From positions 128,001-192,000 of the forward strand of contig CAWAHW010000003.1 of NCBI GenBank assembly GCA_963781885.1: 64,000 nt of DNA. Direction: 5' to 3'. The notes below the pieces were generated by a model. It was not told where the DNA came from and searched no databases. It worked only from the letters and a program-made list of their open reading frames with translations. Of this stretch, positions 38,651 to 49,622 are shown piece by piece. The stretch comes from an uncultured Spirochaetota bacterium. GTDB lineage: Bacteria > Spirochaetota > Spirochaetia > SZUA-6 > Fen-1364. The translations under genes were made by a program, and so were the position numbers. Within the stretch, counting starts at the first letter, position 1. Every line of letters starts with the position of its first letter.

Positions 38651-39955
38651 ATGGCCAAGATAGCATTCATGGGCGCGGGGAGCACGGTCTTCGCGAAGAA
38701 TGTCCTGGGGGACTGCATGCTCACGCCCGCCCTGACGGGAAGCGAGATCGCGCTGTACGACCTGGACGGCCGTCGGCTCGCAGATTCTCGTTCGATGCTG
38801 GAAAACATCAATCGCAACGTCACGGCAGGAGCACGGATCCATGCATATGGCACAGGTGAGCGCAGGAAGGCTCTTGCCGGAGCCGACTACGTGGTGAACG
38901 CGATCCAGGTGGGCGGCTACGAGCCGTGCACGGTGACGGATTTCGAGATCCCGCGCCGCTACGGGCTTCGCCAGACCATCGGGGATACGCTGGGCATCGG
39001 GGGCATCTTCCGGGCGCTGCGCACGATTCCCGTCATGATCGAGTTCGGCCGCGACATGGAAGAGGTCTGCCCCGATGCATGGTTCCTCAACTATACGAAT
39101 CCCATGGCCATGGTGACGGGCGCGATGCAGCGCGCCACGGGCATCCGTACGGTCGGTCTCTGCCACAGCGTCCAGGTCTGCGCGAAGACGCTCCTGGAGG
39201 GCGTGGGAATGACCCATGATGAGCGCGTGCAATGGACGATCGCCGGCGTGAACCACCAGGGCTGGCTGTTGTCGATCACGCGCGACGGGAAGGACCTGTA
39301 TCCCGAGATCAAGGAGCGCTCCCGCAAAGGCGCGGTCCCTGCCGATGACCGGGTCCGGCACGAGATCATGCACCGGTTCGGCTACTATGTCACGGAATCA
39401 AGCGAGCACTCCAGCGAGTACGTGCCCTGGTTCATCAAGAGCACCCATCCGGAGCTGATCGAGCGGTTCAACATCCCCCTGGACGAGTATCCGCGGCGGT
39501 GCGTGAAGCAGATCAAGGACTGGGAAAAAATGCGCGCGGACCTCGTGGAGAACAAGGCACTCGGCCACGTGCGCACGCACGAGTACGCCTCGTGGATCAT
39601 GGAGGCGATGGAGACCAATCGGCCCTTCAAGATCGGCGGTAACGTCCCGAACGCAGACCTGATCACCAACCTGCCCCGGGAGGCGTGCGTCGAGGTACCC
39701 TGTCTCGTCGACGCGGGAGGCATCAGCCCGTGCCGGGTCGGCGATCTCCCGCCCCAGTGCGCCGCCCTCACCCGGACCAATGTCAACGTGCACCTCCTGG
39801 CGGTGGAAGCGGCGCTCACGGGAAAGAAGGAGCACATCTACCACGCCGCCATGCTCGATCCGCACGCCGCCGCGGAGCTCACATTGGACCAGATCGTGTC
39901 CCTCTGTGACGAGCTCATCGAGGCGCACGGCGAATGGCTCCCGCGGTTTCACTGA
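38651..39955 (+). CDS. melA: GH4 NAD-dependent alpha-galactosidase
   Basis: FMGAGSTVF, QTIGDTLGIGG, NYTNPM, GLCHSVQ, GYYVTESSEH. Confidence 0.85.
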   Translation: MAKIAFMGAGSTVFAKNVLGDCMLTPALTGSEIALYDLDGRRLADSRSMLENINRNVTAGARIHAYGTGERRKALAGADYVVNAIQVGGYEPCTVTDFEIPRRYGLRQTIGDTLGIGGIFRALRTIPVMIEFGRDMEEVCPDAWFLNYTNPMAMVTGAMQRATGIRTVGLCHSVQVCAKTLLEGVGMTHDERVQWTIAGVNHQGWLLSITRDGKDLYPEIKERSRKGAVPADDRVRHEIMHRFGYYVTESSEHSSEYVPWFIKSTHPELIERFNIPLDEYPRRCVKQIKDWEKMRADLVENKALGHVRTHEYASWIMEAMETNRPFKIGGNVPNADLITNLPREACVEVPCLVDAGGISPCRVGDLPPQCAALTRTNVNVHLLAVEAALTGKKEHIYHAAMLDPHAAAELTLDQIVSLCDELIEAHGEWLPRFH

Positions 39956-40059
39956 TCCCATGCCGGGCAATCGGGAAACCGACAAACGCCACGATCTCGA
40001 TTGGCTGCGACAGTCGGAAAATGATGAAGTCTCCCGAGCCTCGATGACGCTCCGCTTTT

Positions 40060-40258
40060 TCATCGGTCCTTGAGCGAGTCCACGTCCAGCCCCGCATCCG
40101 CGAGGTGATCGATGCGATTCAGGTAGATCAGCGACGCCCCCTCCTTCTCCGTCCGCAGCTCCGACAGGGAGCCGGTGTAGATATGAAACGGCCATCGTCG
40201 ACGGGGCGGCATGCCCAGGAGCTCGGCCGCGTCGTCATAGCGCACGGGCCAGGGATCG
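40060..40258 (-). pseudogene. Possible C-terminal fragment of an unidentified gene
   Basis: Protein-like ...YDDAAELLG...IYLNRIDHLADAGLDVDSLKDR* with host-like codons; no clear start. Confidence 0.3.
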
Positions 40259-40747
40259 TGCTGTTCGCCGAAGCGCGGCGCCGGGGCATCCCGACGTCCG
40301 TCGACACGCAATTTCCAGCCTCCGTGGATGACCCTCATGAAAAAGGTCCTGCCTTCCATCGATTATCTCTTCTGCGACGAGCGGGAGGCTCTCAACCTGA
40401 CGGAAACGCAGGTGCTCGAGGACGCGGCAAATGTCCTGCGTGATGCGGGCGTCGGTACGGTGATCGTCAAGCGCGGCGAAAACGGCTCCGATCTCTTCGG
40501 CGACTGCTGGAACTGCCACGAGCCTTCCGTGATGAGGGGAGAGCTGGTGGACAGCATCGGCGCAGGAGACGCATTCGACGCGGCATTCCTCGTGGCGCTC
40601 CTGGAAGGAAGGCCGGTGCAGGCGCGCGCCAGGTTTGCGAGCATCGTTGCCGGATGCACCGTCACGGCGCCCGGCGGATATGAAGGAATGCCGGATCGCC
40701 GGCAGGCGGCCGAAATCGAGGCAGGCCTTGCCGGCAACCAGGGATAG
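40258..40747 (+). pseudogene. PfkB kinase C-terminal half, 5' truncated and frameshifted
   Basis: LFAEARRRGIPTSVDTQF, then shifted frame LPSIDYLFCDEREA...VKRGENG...VDSIGAGDAF. Confidence 0.75.
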
Positions 40748-40792
40748 GGCAGGGTCGCTCGACGGCCGGCGACGACACCGGGTCCGCGGCGG

Positions 40793-42121
40793 CTATCCGG
40801 CGGGTTGGGCCCCTGCCGCCTGGGAGTAGTCGCGCAGCACGCGGCAGACGCTTTCCCGCAGCAGCGCCGGGGGTGTCGGGCTGATCCTTCCCTCCCGCAC
40901 GGCCTCGAAATGGTGCGGCAGGTACTGGCTGAGAAGGGTGAGAGGAATGCTCCTCTGCCCGAGGTTCCCAAGCAGGACGCCGGTTGCCGCGCTCACCGCG
41001 GGCACCGTCCAGTAATAGCGGCATCGATCGGAAAAACTGAACCGGCGCGCCAGGCGCTGCTCATCCTCCGTGCCGTGGTAATACCCCTTCCAGTGCGCGG
41101 GATTGGCGAACATCGCTTCCTCCAGCGTGGCTGAAAGCATGGACATTTTTGCGCTGCGGGGGTCGAGCATCTCCCGCTCGATATTTTCGAGGCCGAAGAG
41201 GCATTCACGCAGCGCAAAGGTGAGGGCCGGGCCCACCTTCAGGATCGCGACGCCATCCTCGACGAGCTGCCGCAGGAGCGCGGGGGGCTGGTAGTCCGTG
41301 GAGTGGCCTTCCAAGACCAGCGCGGGGCTCCGCCGCGCAGCCGCGCAGAGCGAGGCGGCAGCGGTCCGACCATAGGGATGAACCTGCTGATCGCCGTATT
41401 CCACGCCCGGCTGCGCGACCACCGCGACGACTCTCGACCATGCCTCCGTGAGCCCCCGGGCGTGAAAGGATGCGCGGCAGAGGGAGACGGTCTGCTCGAA
41501 ATCGGCCACCCTCGTCACGGCCACGCCTTCTGCCTCCGAGACGATTCCGCCGGGGGGCGGCACCTCCGTCCCGATCACGTAGACGGGCGGAGAGACGCGC
41601 GTGCCGGCGTGCCCCCGATCGTGGAATGCCGCCTCGGCGGCGGCGGCAAGGTCAGCCTCCCGCTCGGCAATGACCGCCGGCGTAAGCCCGCCGTCGCGGT
41701 CCACCGGGTCGCCGCCGAGCGGCATGCTCGCGTCCAGGTGAATTTTGCCGTACCCCGCGCGGACGCAGGCGGCAACCAGCTCCCGCGATCGCGCCATCGC
41801 TTCCGCCGCCGGGGCGGCCCTCCAGGGATAGGGTCCGAGGTGATCCCCGCCGATGATGATCCTCTCCCGCGGGAATCCGCCTGCATCCGCCGCGGCAAAG
41901 AGAAAATCGCGGAAGCTCGCGGGCGTCATTCCCGTGTAACCGCCGAGCTGGTTGACCTGGTTCACCGTGGATTCGATCAGCACGGGAAGCCCGTCGACCG
42001 CGGCCTGGAGGAGTGCCGCCTCGATCACCGTCGGATGCGCGCTGCAGACCGACCCGATGCCGCGGGCGTCTGCGGCTTTCTGCGAAGCGACGAGACCCAG
42101 GAAAAAATCCAGCGTTTCCAT
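40793..42121 (-). CDS. GatZ/KbaZ-family tagatose-6-phosphate epimerase / aldolase accessory subunit
   Basis: SVCSAHP, ESTVNQVNQLGGYTGMTP, GGDHLGP, KIHLDAS, GTEVPPPGG, EGHSTDYQ, LKVGPALT. Confidence 0.92.
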   Translation of the reverse strand: METLDFFLGLVASQKAADARGIGSVCSAHPTVIEAALLQAAVDGLPVLIESTVNQVNQLGGYTGMTPASFRDFLFAAADAGGFPRERIIIGGDHLGPYPWRAAPAAEAMARSRELVAACVRAGYGKIHLDASMPLGGDPVDRDGGLTPAVIAEREADLAAAAEAAFHDRGHAGTRVSPPVYVIGTEVPPPGGIVSEAEGVAVTRVADFEQTVSLCRASFHARGLTEAWSRVVAVVAQPGVEYGDQQVHPYGRTAAASLCAAARRSPALVLEGHSTDYQPPALLRQLVEDGVAILKVGPALTFALRECLFGLENIEREMLDPRSAKMSMLSATLEEAMFANPAHWKGYYHGTEDEQRLARRFSFSDRCRYYWTVPAVSAATGVLLGNLGQRSIPLTLLSQYLPHHFEAVREGRISPTPPALLRESVCRVLRDYSQAAGAQPAG

Positions 42122-42149
42122 GCGGTTGTCCTGTCGTGCGGAAGCTCAG

Positions 42150-42278
42150 TTATGCAATGCGGCTGACATCGTCTTGGTATTGTTCGATGCGCGGGATCTG
42201 TCTCGTCGGCCGACCGTCCGCGTAGAGTGCGGTGGAAAGGACCGCTCCCCGGGCAACAGCGATAAGGCGTGATGGCAT
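42150..42278 (-). CDS. Possible 42-aa small ORF or remnant upstream of the gatZ-like gene
   Basis: MPSRLIAVARGAVLSTALYA...; GGGGAGG RBS upstream. Confidence 0.25.
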   Translation of the reverse strand: MPSRLIAVARGAVLSTALYADGRPTRQIPRIEQYQDDVSRIA

Positions 42279-42469
42279 AGATCCTACCTCCCCACTCGCC
42301 TCATCCTATACTCGATTGGACCTCACGGGAAGTCAGGTTTCGGGCTGCGGCCTTGGAGAACTGCAGCGCTGAGATCATCGGCATATATGTGCCACTCTCG
42401 GCGTGCACGGCGCCCGGGCAAGATACCCACAGGCTGCAAACCGCGATCACCGCCGCGGTGCTGGACGAT

Positions 42470-42877
42470 TCAGGATCCTGCACCAGGCAGTCTCTCGGTC
42501 TTCCGGTATGCCGTTCCCTGAAAGAGGGCTATCGTATCGCCTTTCTCGTCGCGCACAGAGATGAGATACGTCGCAAGCTTCGGGCCGAGGGAAATCTCCT
42601 CCGCTTCTGCGGTCAAGATGCCGCCGTTGACCGCCTTGAAATAGGAAATGCTCACGTTGATGGCCACGGCGAGCGTGCCGTGCGAGTTGCACGCGCTGGA
42701 AAAGACTGCGTCGGCGAGTGTGAAGATCACTCCCCCATGAAGAGTGCCCGCGCTGTTGAGGTGGTGGCCCTTTATCTCCAAGCGGCCTTTTGCTCTCCCC
42801 GGTGCGTACTCGATAATATCGATGCCCAGATGCCTCGCGAACCGGTCGTTGTCGATGAATCGCCTTACGTCATCCAT
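42470..42877 (-). CDS. PaaI-family hotdog thioesterase
   Basis: HLNSAGTLHGGVIFTLAD. Confidence 0.9.
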   Translation of the reverse strand: MDDVRRFIDNDRFARHLGIDIIEYAPGRAKGRLEIKGHHLNSAGTLHGGVIFTLADAVFSSACNSHGTLAVAINVSISYFKAVNGGILTAEAEEISLGPKLATYLISVRDEKGDTIALFQGTAYRKTERLPGAGS

Positions 42878-42993
42878 CCAAAGATCCTTTCAGAGCCCTG
42901 AACCGATCCCGCGCTTAAAATCACTAACGCATGTGACTGGATAGCCGCGGAGGAAGTTGTCCGATTGGCGGCGTTCGACTTTCTCTGCCGAAC

Positions 42994-45900
42994 CTACCTT
43001 CCATACAAGACGAAACCGCTCCAGTAATAGGGGTCAGAGAAGTCAGGAGAACGGATAAACTCTTTCTTTGCCGCCGTTATCGCTTCTGAATATCCAAGGC
43101 CCTGCTTCTCTACTTGGGAATACAGCTTCACCATGAACTCTTTCGTCGCCGCGTCGTCGACCACCCATAACGTTGCTCCCACGCGATTTGCTCCTGCAAC
43201 AAGAAACGAGCGGGTCAGTCCGACAACCCCATCCCCTTGCACCACTTTGCCAAGCCCCGTCTCGCACGCCGAAAGATTCACAAAGTCCGCCTTGAACCTC
43301 AATACCGCCACGTCCTCCGCCGTGAGGTACCCGCTTTCCGGAGAGTCCTTCAGGGCTCCGCTCACCTCCGAAAGCACCAGCGCGGAGTATGACGGGTATT
43401 CCGCATCGTAGAGCCCATGACAGGCGAAGTGAACCACCCGCTGTTGTGCCAGTTCCCCGGAGGCCGAAAGCTGCTTCACGAGCTGCTCACTTGCCTGCGC
43501 GCCTAGTACCACGCGCGTGCCCTTGCCCCCGTAGACAGTCTGCGCGATAGTCAGGACCTCATCGCGCGTCCCGGGCAGATCGTCCCATTGGATTCCCAGC
43601 GCCTTGTAGTAGGATTGCGCCCCCCGTCCTGCGCAGTACTCCTTCGTCTTTGCGGTCGGGGCATTCACGACAACAATCCCCCGCGCGCCTCGCTGCGCCT
43701 CCGCCCCGATCCCAGAGTAACTCGCCCCGCCAAAGGCGAGCCACTGTCCCTCGCGCGCCCCGTAATTCCTTGCGCCTACCATCTGGAGCACCGACACCGA
43801 CGGCGCAAGACTCACCTGATAGATTTCGCACAGATAGGGGCTGCTGATGTTCTGGCGCAGCGCGTCAAAGGGCAGGAAAGCGAGCGCCCCGTCCGGCACG
43901 ATGACAAGCTTTCTCACACCTTCGAGCTTGCCGTCGAGCGCTCCGATCAGCTTTGCATACAATAGGTTCCCGAGTGTGTCCCGCTCCGCGCTGCGCTGAA
44001 GAATTGCCTGACGAAAGTCCTCGACACTTTGGGTGTAGGTGAAACTCCTGTCCAACTCAACCAGCTCGGCCCCCGAGCTTTTGACGATCAGGCAGTACGC
44101 CTGTTGCTCCTTGTCCTTCTCCCAGAGCACGTATTCGAGGATCGCCTCGTCGCCCGCGACCATCTGCTCAGCGTCCTTCAGGCTCGCCAGCGCCGGCTGT
44201 CGAAGCTCCTTGTAGCTGGCGTTGCTCATCAGCGATTGGTCCAGCTGCGCGAACTCCTGCTCTTTCTGCTGCAGGCGGTTGGCGATCTCGATCAAAGCCT
44301 GTTTGTCTTGATCCGATTCTGCCTTCTGGATCTCTGCCGTTCGCTGCGATGCCAGGCTCTCTATTTCGTCGTTGAGCGCAAGCATCTTGGTGCGCGTTTC
44401 TGTCGGTACTCCAGTCACCGACAAAGCCGCAGAAAGCGAGAGACGGTCAAGGAAGCCGCGAGCCCTCATCGCCTCGGCAGCTTGAAACACTCCTTGCACG
44501 TCATGCATGGCAACGCTGGCTTGCAGCGAGAGGTAATAAAGGGAGATGTTTCGAGCGGTGTACTCGACTTTGCCGCCGCCGGTTTCGTCGCGTGCCTGCT
44601 CGATCGCCGCGATGCCTTGCTGAAAAGCGTCCTTCGCCTCCGCAAAGCGGCCAAGCTGCACGTACAGCCAACCTAGATTGCGCGCCAGCTCAATTGACCT
44701 CTCTCGGTCCGCGATCCCGATGGCGAGTTGGAGCGCATTCTTGTCATACCCGATTGCCCGATCGCTCTCGCCTTTGTAATAGTACGCAGCGCCAAGATTC
44801 TCGTAGATGCCAGCGACGTTCGGGTGCCGGGCACCCTGGGAATTGACAAGTATCGACAACGCCGTTGCATAGCAGGTGATGGCCTGATCATAGTCACCTC
44901 GGGACGCATACGCCAATCCCATGTCGTTGTCGGTGGTCGCGACAAGCGGATGCTCTTCTCCCAACGCCTTTTTTTGAATCGACAGCGCCTTCTCGAAGTA
45001 CCCGATGGCGCGATCGGGCTGTCCTTCCGCCTGATAGGCATCTCCCAGACTGAGGTAGTCTTGCGCCACATCCGGATGTTCTTCTCCCAGCGCTTTCAGC
45101 TGAATCGCAAGGGCTTTCTCATAATAGGCGATTGCGCGATCGGGTTCCCCCTTTGCATCATAGGCGCCGCCCAGCGTGATATAGCTGTGCGCGACGTCCG
45201 GGTGCTCTTCGCCCAGGAGCCTCATCTGAATGGCAAGCGCTTGCTCGACGTAGCCAATCTCCCTGTCGTACTCACCCTTTGAAAAATACGCGGTGGCCAG
45301 GCCGAGATAGCTCGATGCCACGTCGGGATGTTGCTCGCCGAAGACCTTTCGTCGTATCGCGAGAGCCTTCTCATAGTAGCCGATGGCTTGATCGTAATCG
45401 CCCTTGGAATAAAACGCTCCACCCAGGCCGATATAGCTGGTTGCCACGTCGGGATGGTCGTCGCCTAAAAGGTCCGTCTGAATTGCCAGCGCCTTCTCAT
45501 AGAACGCGATTGCCCGATCGTATTGGCCCTTGGACCACATGGCGCTGCCCAAGCTCACGTAGGTTTTGGCGACGTCGGGTGCCTTTCTCCGAATACCTTC
45601 AGCCGTATGGCCAGCGCTTGCTCGTAGTACTCGATCGCTCGATCGTCGTTTCCCTTGAGCTGATAGGCACCGCCGAGATTGAACAATCTCCAGGCGACAT
45701 CGGGGTGTTCTTCTCCGAGCGCCTTCACGTCAATTGCCAAGGCCTTCTGGTAGTATTCGATAGCGCGGTCGTACTCGCCCTTGGAGACGCATGCGGCTCC
45801 AAGACTATTGTCGCATTCAGCCACGTCGGGATGTTCTTCTCCCAGCACCTTGACGTCGATCGCCAGGGCCTTTTGGTAGTACGCGATGGCGCGGTCGTAC

Positions 45901-47048
45901 GCGCCCATGGAATGGTAGGCGTGCCCGAGATTGTCGTAGACGATGGCGACCCTTCTGTCTTGCTCTCCCAGCAACCTCGTCCAGATGGCAAGCGCCTTTT
46001 CGTACCAGCCAATGGCCTCGTTGTATGCACCCTTTGAGTCGTATGCGCCGCCGAGGTTGTTGTAGGTGTTCGCGACCGCAGCGTCACCCTCACCCAACGC
46101 CGTCTCCTGAATCGCACGTGCCTTCTGGTAATACTGGATAGCCTGATCGAACTCGCCGACGTGGAAATGCGCGAGTCCCAGGTTGCTGTAGCTTGTTGCC
46201 ACGTCCGGGTGTCCATCGCCAAGGAGCTTCACGCGATCCGTCAGCGCCTTCTGGCAATACCCAATTGCCGCGGTGAAGTCCCCGGCTTCGGAGCTGACGG
46301 AACCGAGTGCCTGCAAGACGGCTGTCCCTGCAAGGCTTTCAGCTCCAAGCGCTTTCTCATATCCGTTCAGCGCATTTTTGTACAGTTCCGACGCCTCTTC
46401 GTAGGCGAAAACCTGGCTCTTTTTTGCGGCCTGCTCTTGCAGCGTATTGGCTTCTGCAATTGATCCAAGAGAAGCGAAAAAGGACTTGCAGGGCTCGATT
46501 CCGCGAACGGGAGCAAAGTCCTCATCGGAGCCGAGATACGCCATGTCTGAAAAGCCGTAATAGACGGCTTTGTCAATGTAGCGGAGAGCAAATTCGGCGT
46601 TCCCCGAAACCCCGTAGTAGCAGGCGATGTTGTAATACACCCCGGGATTTCCTGAGTAAAGTGATTCTGCCCGCTGGGCAATCTGAAAGCCCTCGGAATA
46701 CGTCCTGCGTCTGCTGAAGTACACGCCGCAGAGGTTCTCCAGCACCGCCAGATATCTCGCATCTATCGCCAACGCCCGCTCGTACCATAAAATGCTCTGG
46801 TCAAGCTCTTCTTTCTGGAAGTAGCAAACTCCTAGCAAGGCGCAGGCGAGTTTTGCGGTTTCTCTATCCTGCGCTGTCGCCGCGCGATTCAGAGCCTGGA
46901 TTGCATCGTCATATTTCTGGGCCTGCAAGAGCTGCTGGCCTTGCTGCAAAGCATCTGCAAAGCCGTCGGCGCATGCCGGCAGGCAGGCAAAGAACAAAAA
47001 AGTTCCAGCAAAAAGGGCAAACAGGGCGCCTCGGAATTGTATTCTCAT
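42994..47048 (-). CDS. Exported TPR-repeat + CHAT (caspase-like) protease, split by a 1-base deletion near 45578
   Basis: About 13 GEEHPDVA-type repeat linkers; VPDGALAFLPF, HFACHG, LSACETG, TLWVVDD, PYYWSGF; restoring one base gives HPDVAKTYVSLG. Confidence 0.88.
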
Positions 47049-47164
47049 GACATGGAGACCCTCTACCCTGCCATCTTACCTTTCCTTTTCTGCAAGTTCC
47101 AGAAGAAGCGAAATGTTGCTCACCATGCGTTTGATCGTTGGGCGAAAGCTCACGGGGACCTGCG

Positions 47165-48739
47165 TCAGTGCCGACTGGCGGCCCCCCCGGAAAGGTGGTC
47201 GGCCAGACGGAGGGCAAGGGCAACTATTGTGAGTGTAGGGTTCGCATAGCCGCTCGTCGGGAAGACGGCGCTGCCGGCCGCGTAGAGGTTGTCGATCCGA
47301 TGGAAACGGCAGTCCGGGTTCACGATGCCGTCATCGGGCGACACGGACATGCGAAGGCTCCCCATGTGATGATCGCCCGTCGCAAGCGCGGTCTCTGCCC
47401 GGCTGAAAGTCCAGCGTTCCGGTCCGCCGGAGAGATCGGTCAAGATCCTGAACCCGGTGGCCCCGTTCCGCTCGAGATGGTCGCGGACAAGATCCAGCGC
47501 TTTGACCGCCGTCCGCTTGTCCTCCTCACGGAGCCGCCAGTCGACGTGAGCCACGGGCTGCCCGAAGAGGGGATCGACCTCCGCGTGATCGAGGTCGATC
47601 ACGCTTTCCTCGTTGGGAACCTGTTCCCAGTTGAGATTGACTTCTGCCCGGTCGCCTGTCGGGTCGAAGCGCAAAATGGCGCGGAAGTTGCCGATTCGCT
47701 CCTCCGCCATCGTCGCTGCCGTCGGGACGAGGACGCCCCAAGCGTTGAATACCTCGTACTTCGCCATGAGCCCAGGACTCACGAGGGGGGCGCTGTCATG
47801 GACGAAGGTGTCCCCTTCGGGCCGGAGCCGGACCTGCTGGTCGCGGAAGAAGTTCCTTGCCTCCCGGGGGAGGGGAGTGGCGAACCGGGCCTCCGCGGCG
47901 GTCGTGAGGAGGGGATGGACCATGAAGCCGCGGCCGAGGTGATCATGGCGATTGTTCCCGAGATCACCGGAAAGCTTGAGCTTCCGGACGGTCTCAATGC
48001 CCCCCATCGCAAGGACATAGCGATCAGCTTCGACGTGGAAACGGCGGTCCGCCTGTCCCTCGCGCAGAGAAGCGCAGACGAACCGCAGCACGTGCCCGCC
48101 TTTGCCGGTTTCACCTTCAATGGAAAGGAGGTGCGCATTGAACAGCACCGTCACATTCGGCGCGGCACGGAGCGCCTCCCCGAGATGGACCTGGAATTGA
48201 CGCACGTTGTCCGCGTACTGCGCGTGAAAGACAGCCTGGGCAAGACGATCCTGCGTCTTCCGCGGGAAGCCCCCGCCGCCGAGAGCACATTCCCAGAAAG
48301 CATGATCGTCGTAGTTGAATGGACCGTACCTGCCGTAGGCGTTCGCCTGAGCGTAGGAGGGATCGAGCGAGGCTCGTGAGATTGGCCAGGCGGCAGAGCG
48401 GTACCCCTGCCGTGGCAGAAAGTCTGCGTCGTCGAGGGGCCGGGCCCAGAATCCGAAATGATTCGTCGTCCCACCGTACATATTGAGCCGTGAGCGACGC
48501 AGGAAGAGTGGATCAACTCTGCTCAGGAAAGACCCAAGGGTGCCCCCGTAGACCTTCTGCCGCGATCCGGACGGCAGTCCGCGATCCGCCGGCAGTCCGC
48601 TCGCCAGGACGAGCACCTTGAGCGGCGAGCCTATGAGACGGTGCGCAATGGCCAGTCCTGCGGCGCCTGCGCCGGCGATGCAGAGGTCGAAATCTCCCAC
48701 GGTTTTATCCGCCAGGAGGTCGCCGGATTCAACGTACAT
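47165..48739 (-). CDS. GMC-family FAD oxidoreductase
   Basis: GAGAAG, GGTTNHFG, LGRGFMVHP, HHMGSLRM, FPTSGYANPTLT. Confidence 0.88.
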   Translation of the reverse strand: MYVESGDLLADKTVGDFDLCIAGAGAAGLAIAHRLIGSPLKVLVLASGLPADRGLPSGSRQKVYGGTLGSFLSRVDPLFLRRSRLNMYGGTTNHFGFWARPLDDADFLPRQGYRSAAWPISRASLDPSYAQANAYGRYGPFNYDDHAFWECALGGGGFPRKTQDRLAQAVFHAQYADNVRQFQVHLGEALRAAPNVTVLFNAHLLSIEGETGKGGHVLRFVCASLREGQADRRFHVEADRYVLAMGGIETVRKLKLSGDLGNNRHDHLGRGFMVHPLLTTAAEARFATPLPREARNFFRDQQVRLRPEGDTFVHDSAPLVSPGLMAKYEVFNAWGVLVPTAATMAEERIGNFRAILRFDPTGDRAEVNLNWEQVPNEESVIDLDHAEVDPLFGQPVAHVDWRLREEDKRTAVKALDLVRDHLERNGATGFRILTDLSGGPERWTFSRAETALATGDHHMGSLRMSVSPDDGIVNPDCRFHRIDNLYAAGSAVFPTSGYANPTLTIVALALRLADHLSGGAASRH

Positions 48740-48760
48740 GGGCCCACCGAACCGCGCGGT

Positions 48761-49597
48761 TCATGCATGGCGGCACAGGTATTCGTCCACCCCGGACTGC
48801 CAGAAAGGCAATTCGTGTCCCGTGACCAGCCGAAAGAGCCTGCAATCCAGCACCGTGCGCGCCGGTCTTCGCGCCGCACGCGCGACGGCGCTTTCCAGCT
48901 TCTCCAGCGGCACCGTGCGTCCCGCCTTTGACAGCACGTAGCGTGCAAACTCCAGCCGGGTGCATGCTCCGCGGCTCGTGGCGTGGTATGTCCCGTACGC
49001 GCCCGTCGGAATGAGGGCGCCGATTGCGGAGGCCACGTGCGGAACGTATGTCGGCGACTCGAGCTGGTCTTCGGCCATCCGCACGACGCCATCGTTGTCC
49101 GCCGCGGTCAGCACGCGCTCCACGTAGTTTTTCGGCCGATGACCGAAGAGCCAGGAAGTCCTTACGATATAGGTCCTCGGCCAGATGGCGGCTGCGAGTC
49201 TCTCCCCCGCGAGCTTCGACTTCCCATACTGGTTGATCGGGTTCGGTGATGAGAACTCGTTGTAGTCTTCCTTTGCCGCGCCATCGAAAACGTAATCCGT
49301 GGAGATGAGCAGGTAGTCGGCGGAGAGCGCCCGGGCGGCCAGCGCCAGGTTTTGTGAGCCCACCGCGTTCACATTCCAGGCCGCGTCCGGCTGTTTCTCG
49401 CAGACTTCGACGTCCACCAAGGCCGCGACGTTCACGATGAGGTCGGGCCTCAGCGCGGTCACCCGATTCAGGGTGCCTGCCCTGTCCGTGATGTCGATCT
49501 CATCGACATCCCACGCAATCACTTCGTGCTCGCGGGCGAGCATCCGCGCGAGCTCGCTTCCGAGCATCCCCTTGGCGCCGATGACGACGATCTTCAT
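48761..49597 (-). CDS. rfbD: dTDP-4-dehydrorhamnose reductase
   Basis: GAKGMLG, ISTDYVFDG, YGKSKLAGE, DQLESPT, ARRPA. Confidence 0.85.
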   Translation of the reverse strand: MKIVVIGAKGMLGSELARMLAREHEVIAWDVDEIDITDRAGTLNRVTALRPDLIVNVAALVDVEVCEKQPDAAWNVNAVGSQNLALAARALSADYLLISTDYVFDGAAKEDYNEFSSPNPINQYGKSKLAGERLAAAIWPRTYIVRTSWLFGHRPKNYVERVLTAADNDGVVRMAEDQLESPTYVPHVASAIGALIPTGAYGTYHATSRGACTRLEFARYVLSKAGRTVPLEKLESAVARAARRPARTVLDCRLFRLVTGHELPFWQSGVDEYLCRHA

Positions 49598-49622
49598 TTC
49601 GCGACCTCTTCTGAATGAACTT

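Noticed and set aside
42994-47048. CRISPR type III-E Csx29 or gasdermin defence system
   Set aside because: No Cas7-11, Csx30/31 or gasdermin-like neighbour; flanks are a thioesterase and a GMC gene
48761-49597. O-antigen/rhamnose biosynthesis locus
   Set aside because: No rfbA/B/C or glycosyltransferases nearby
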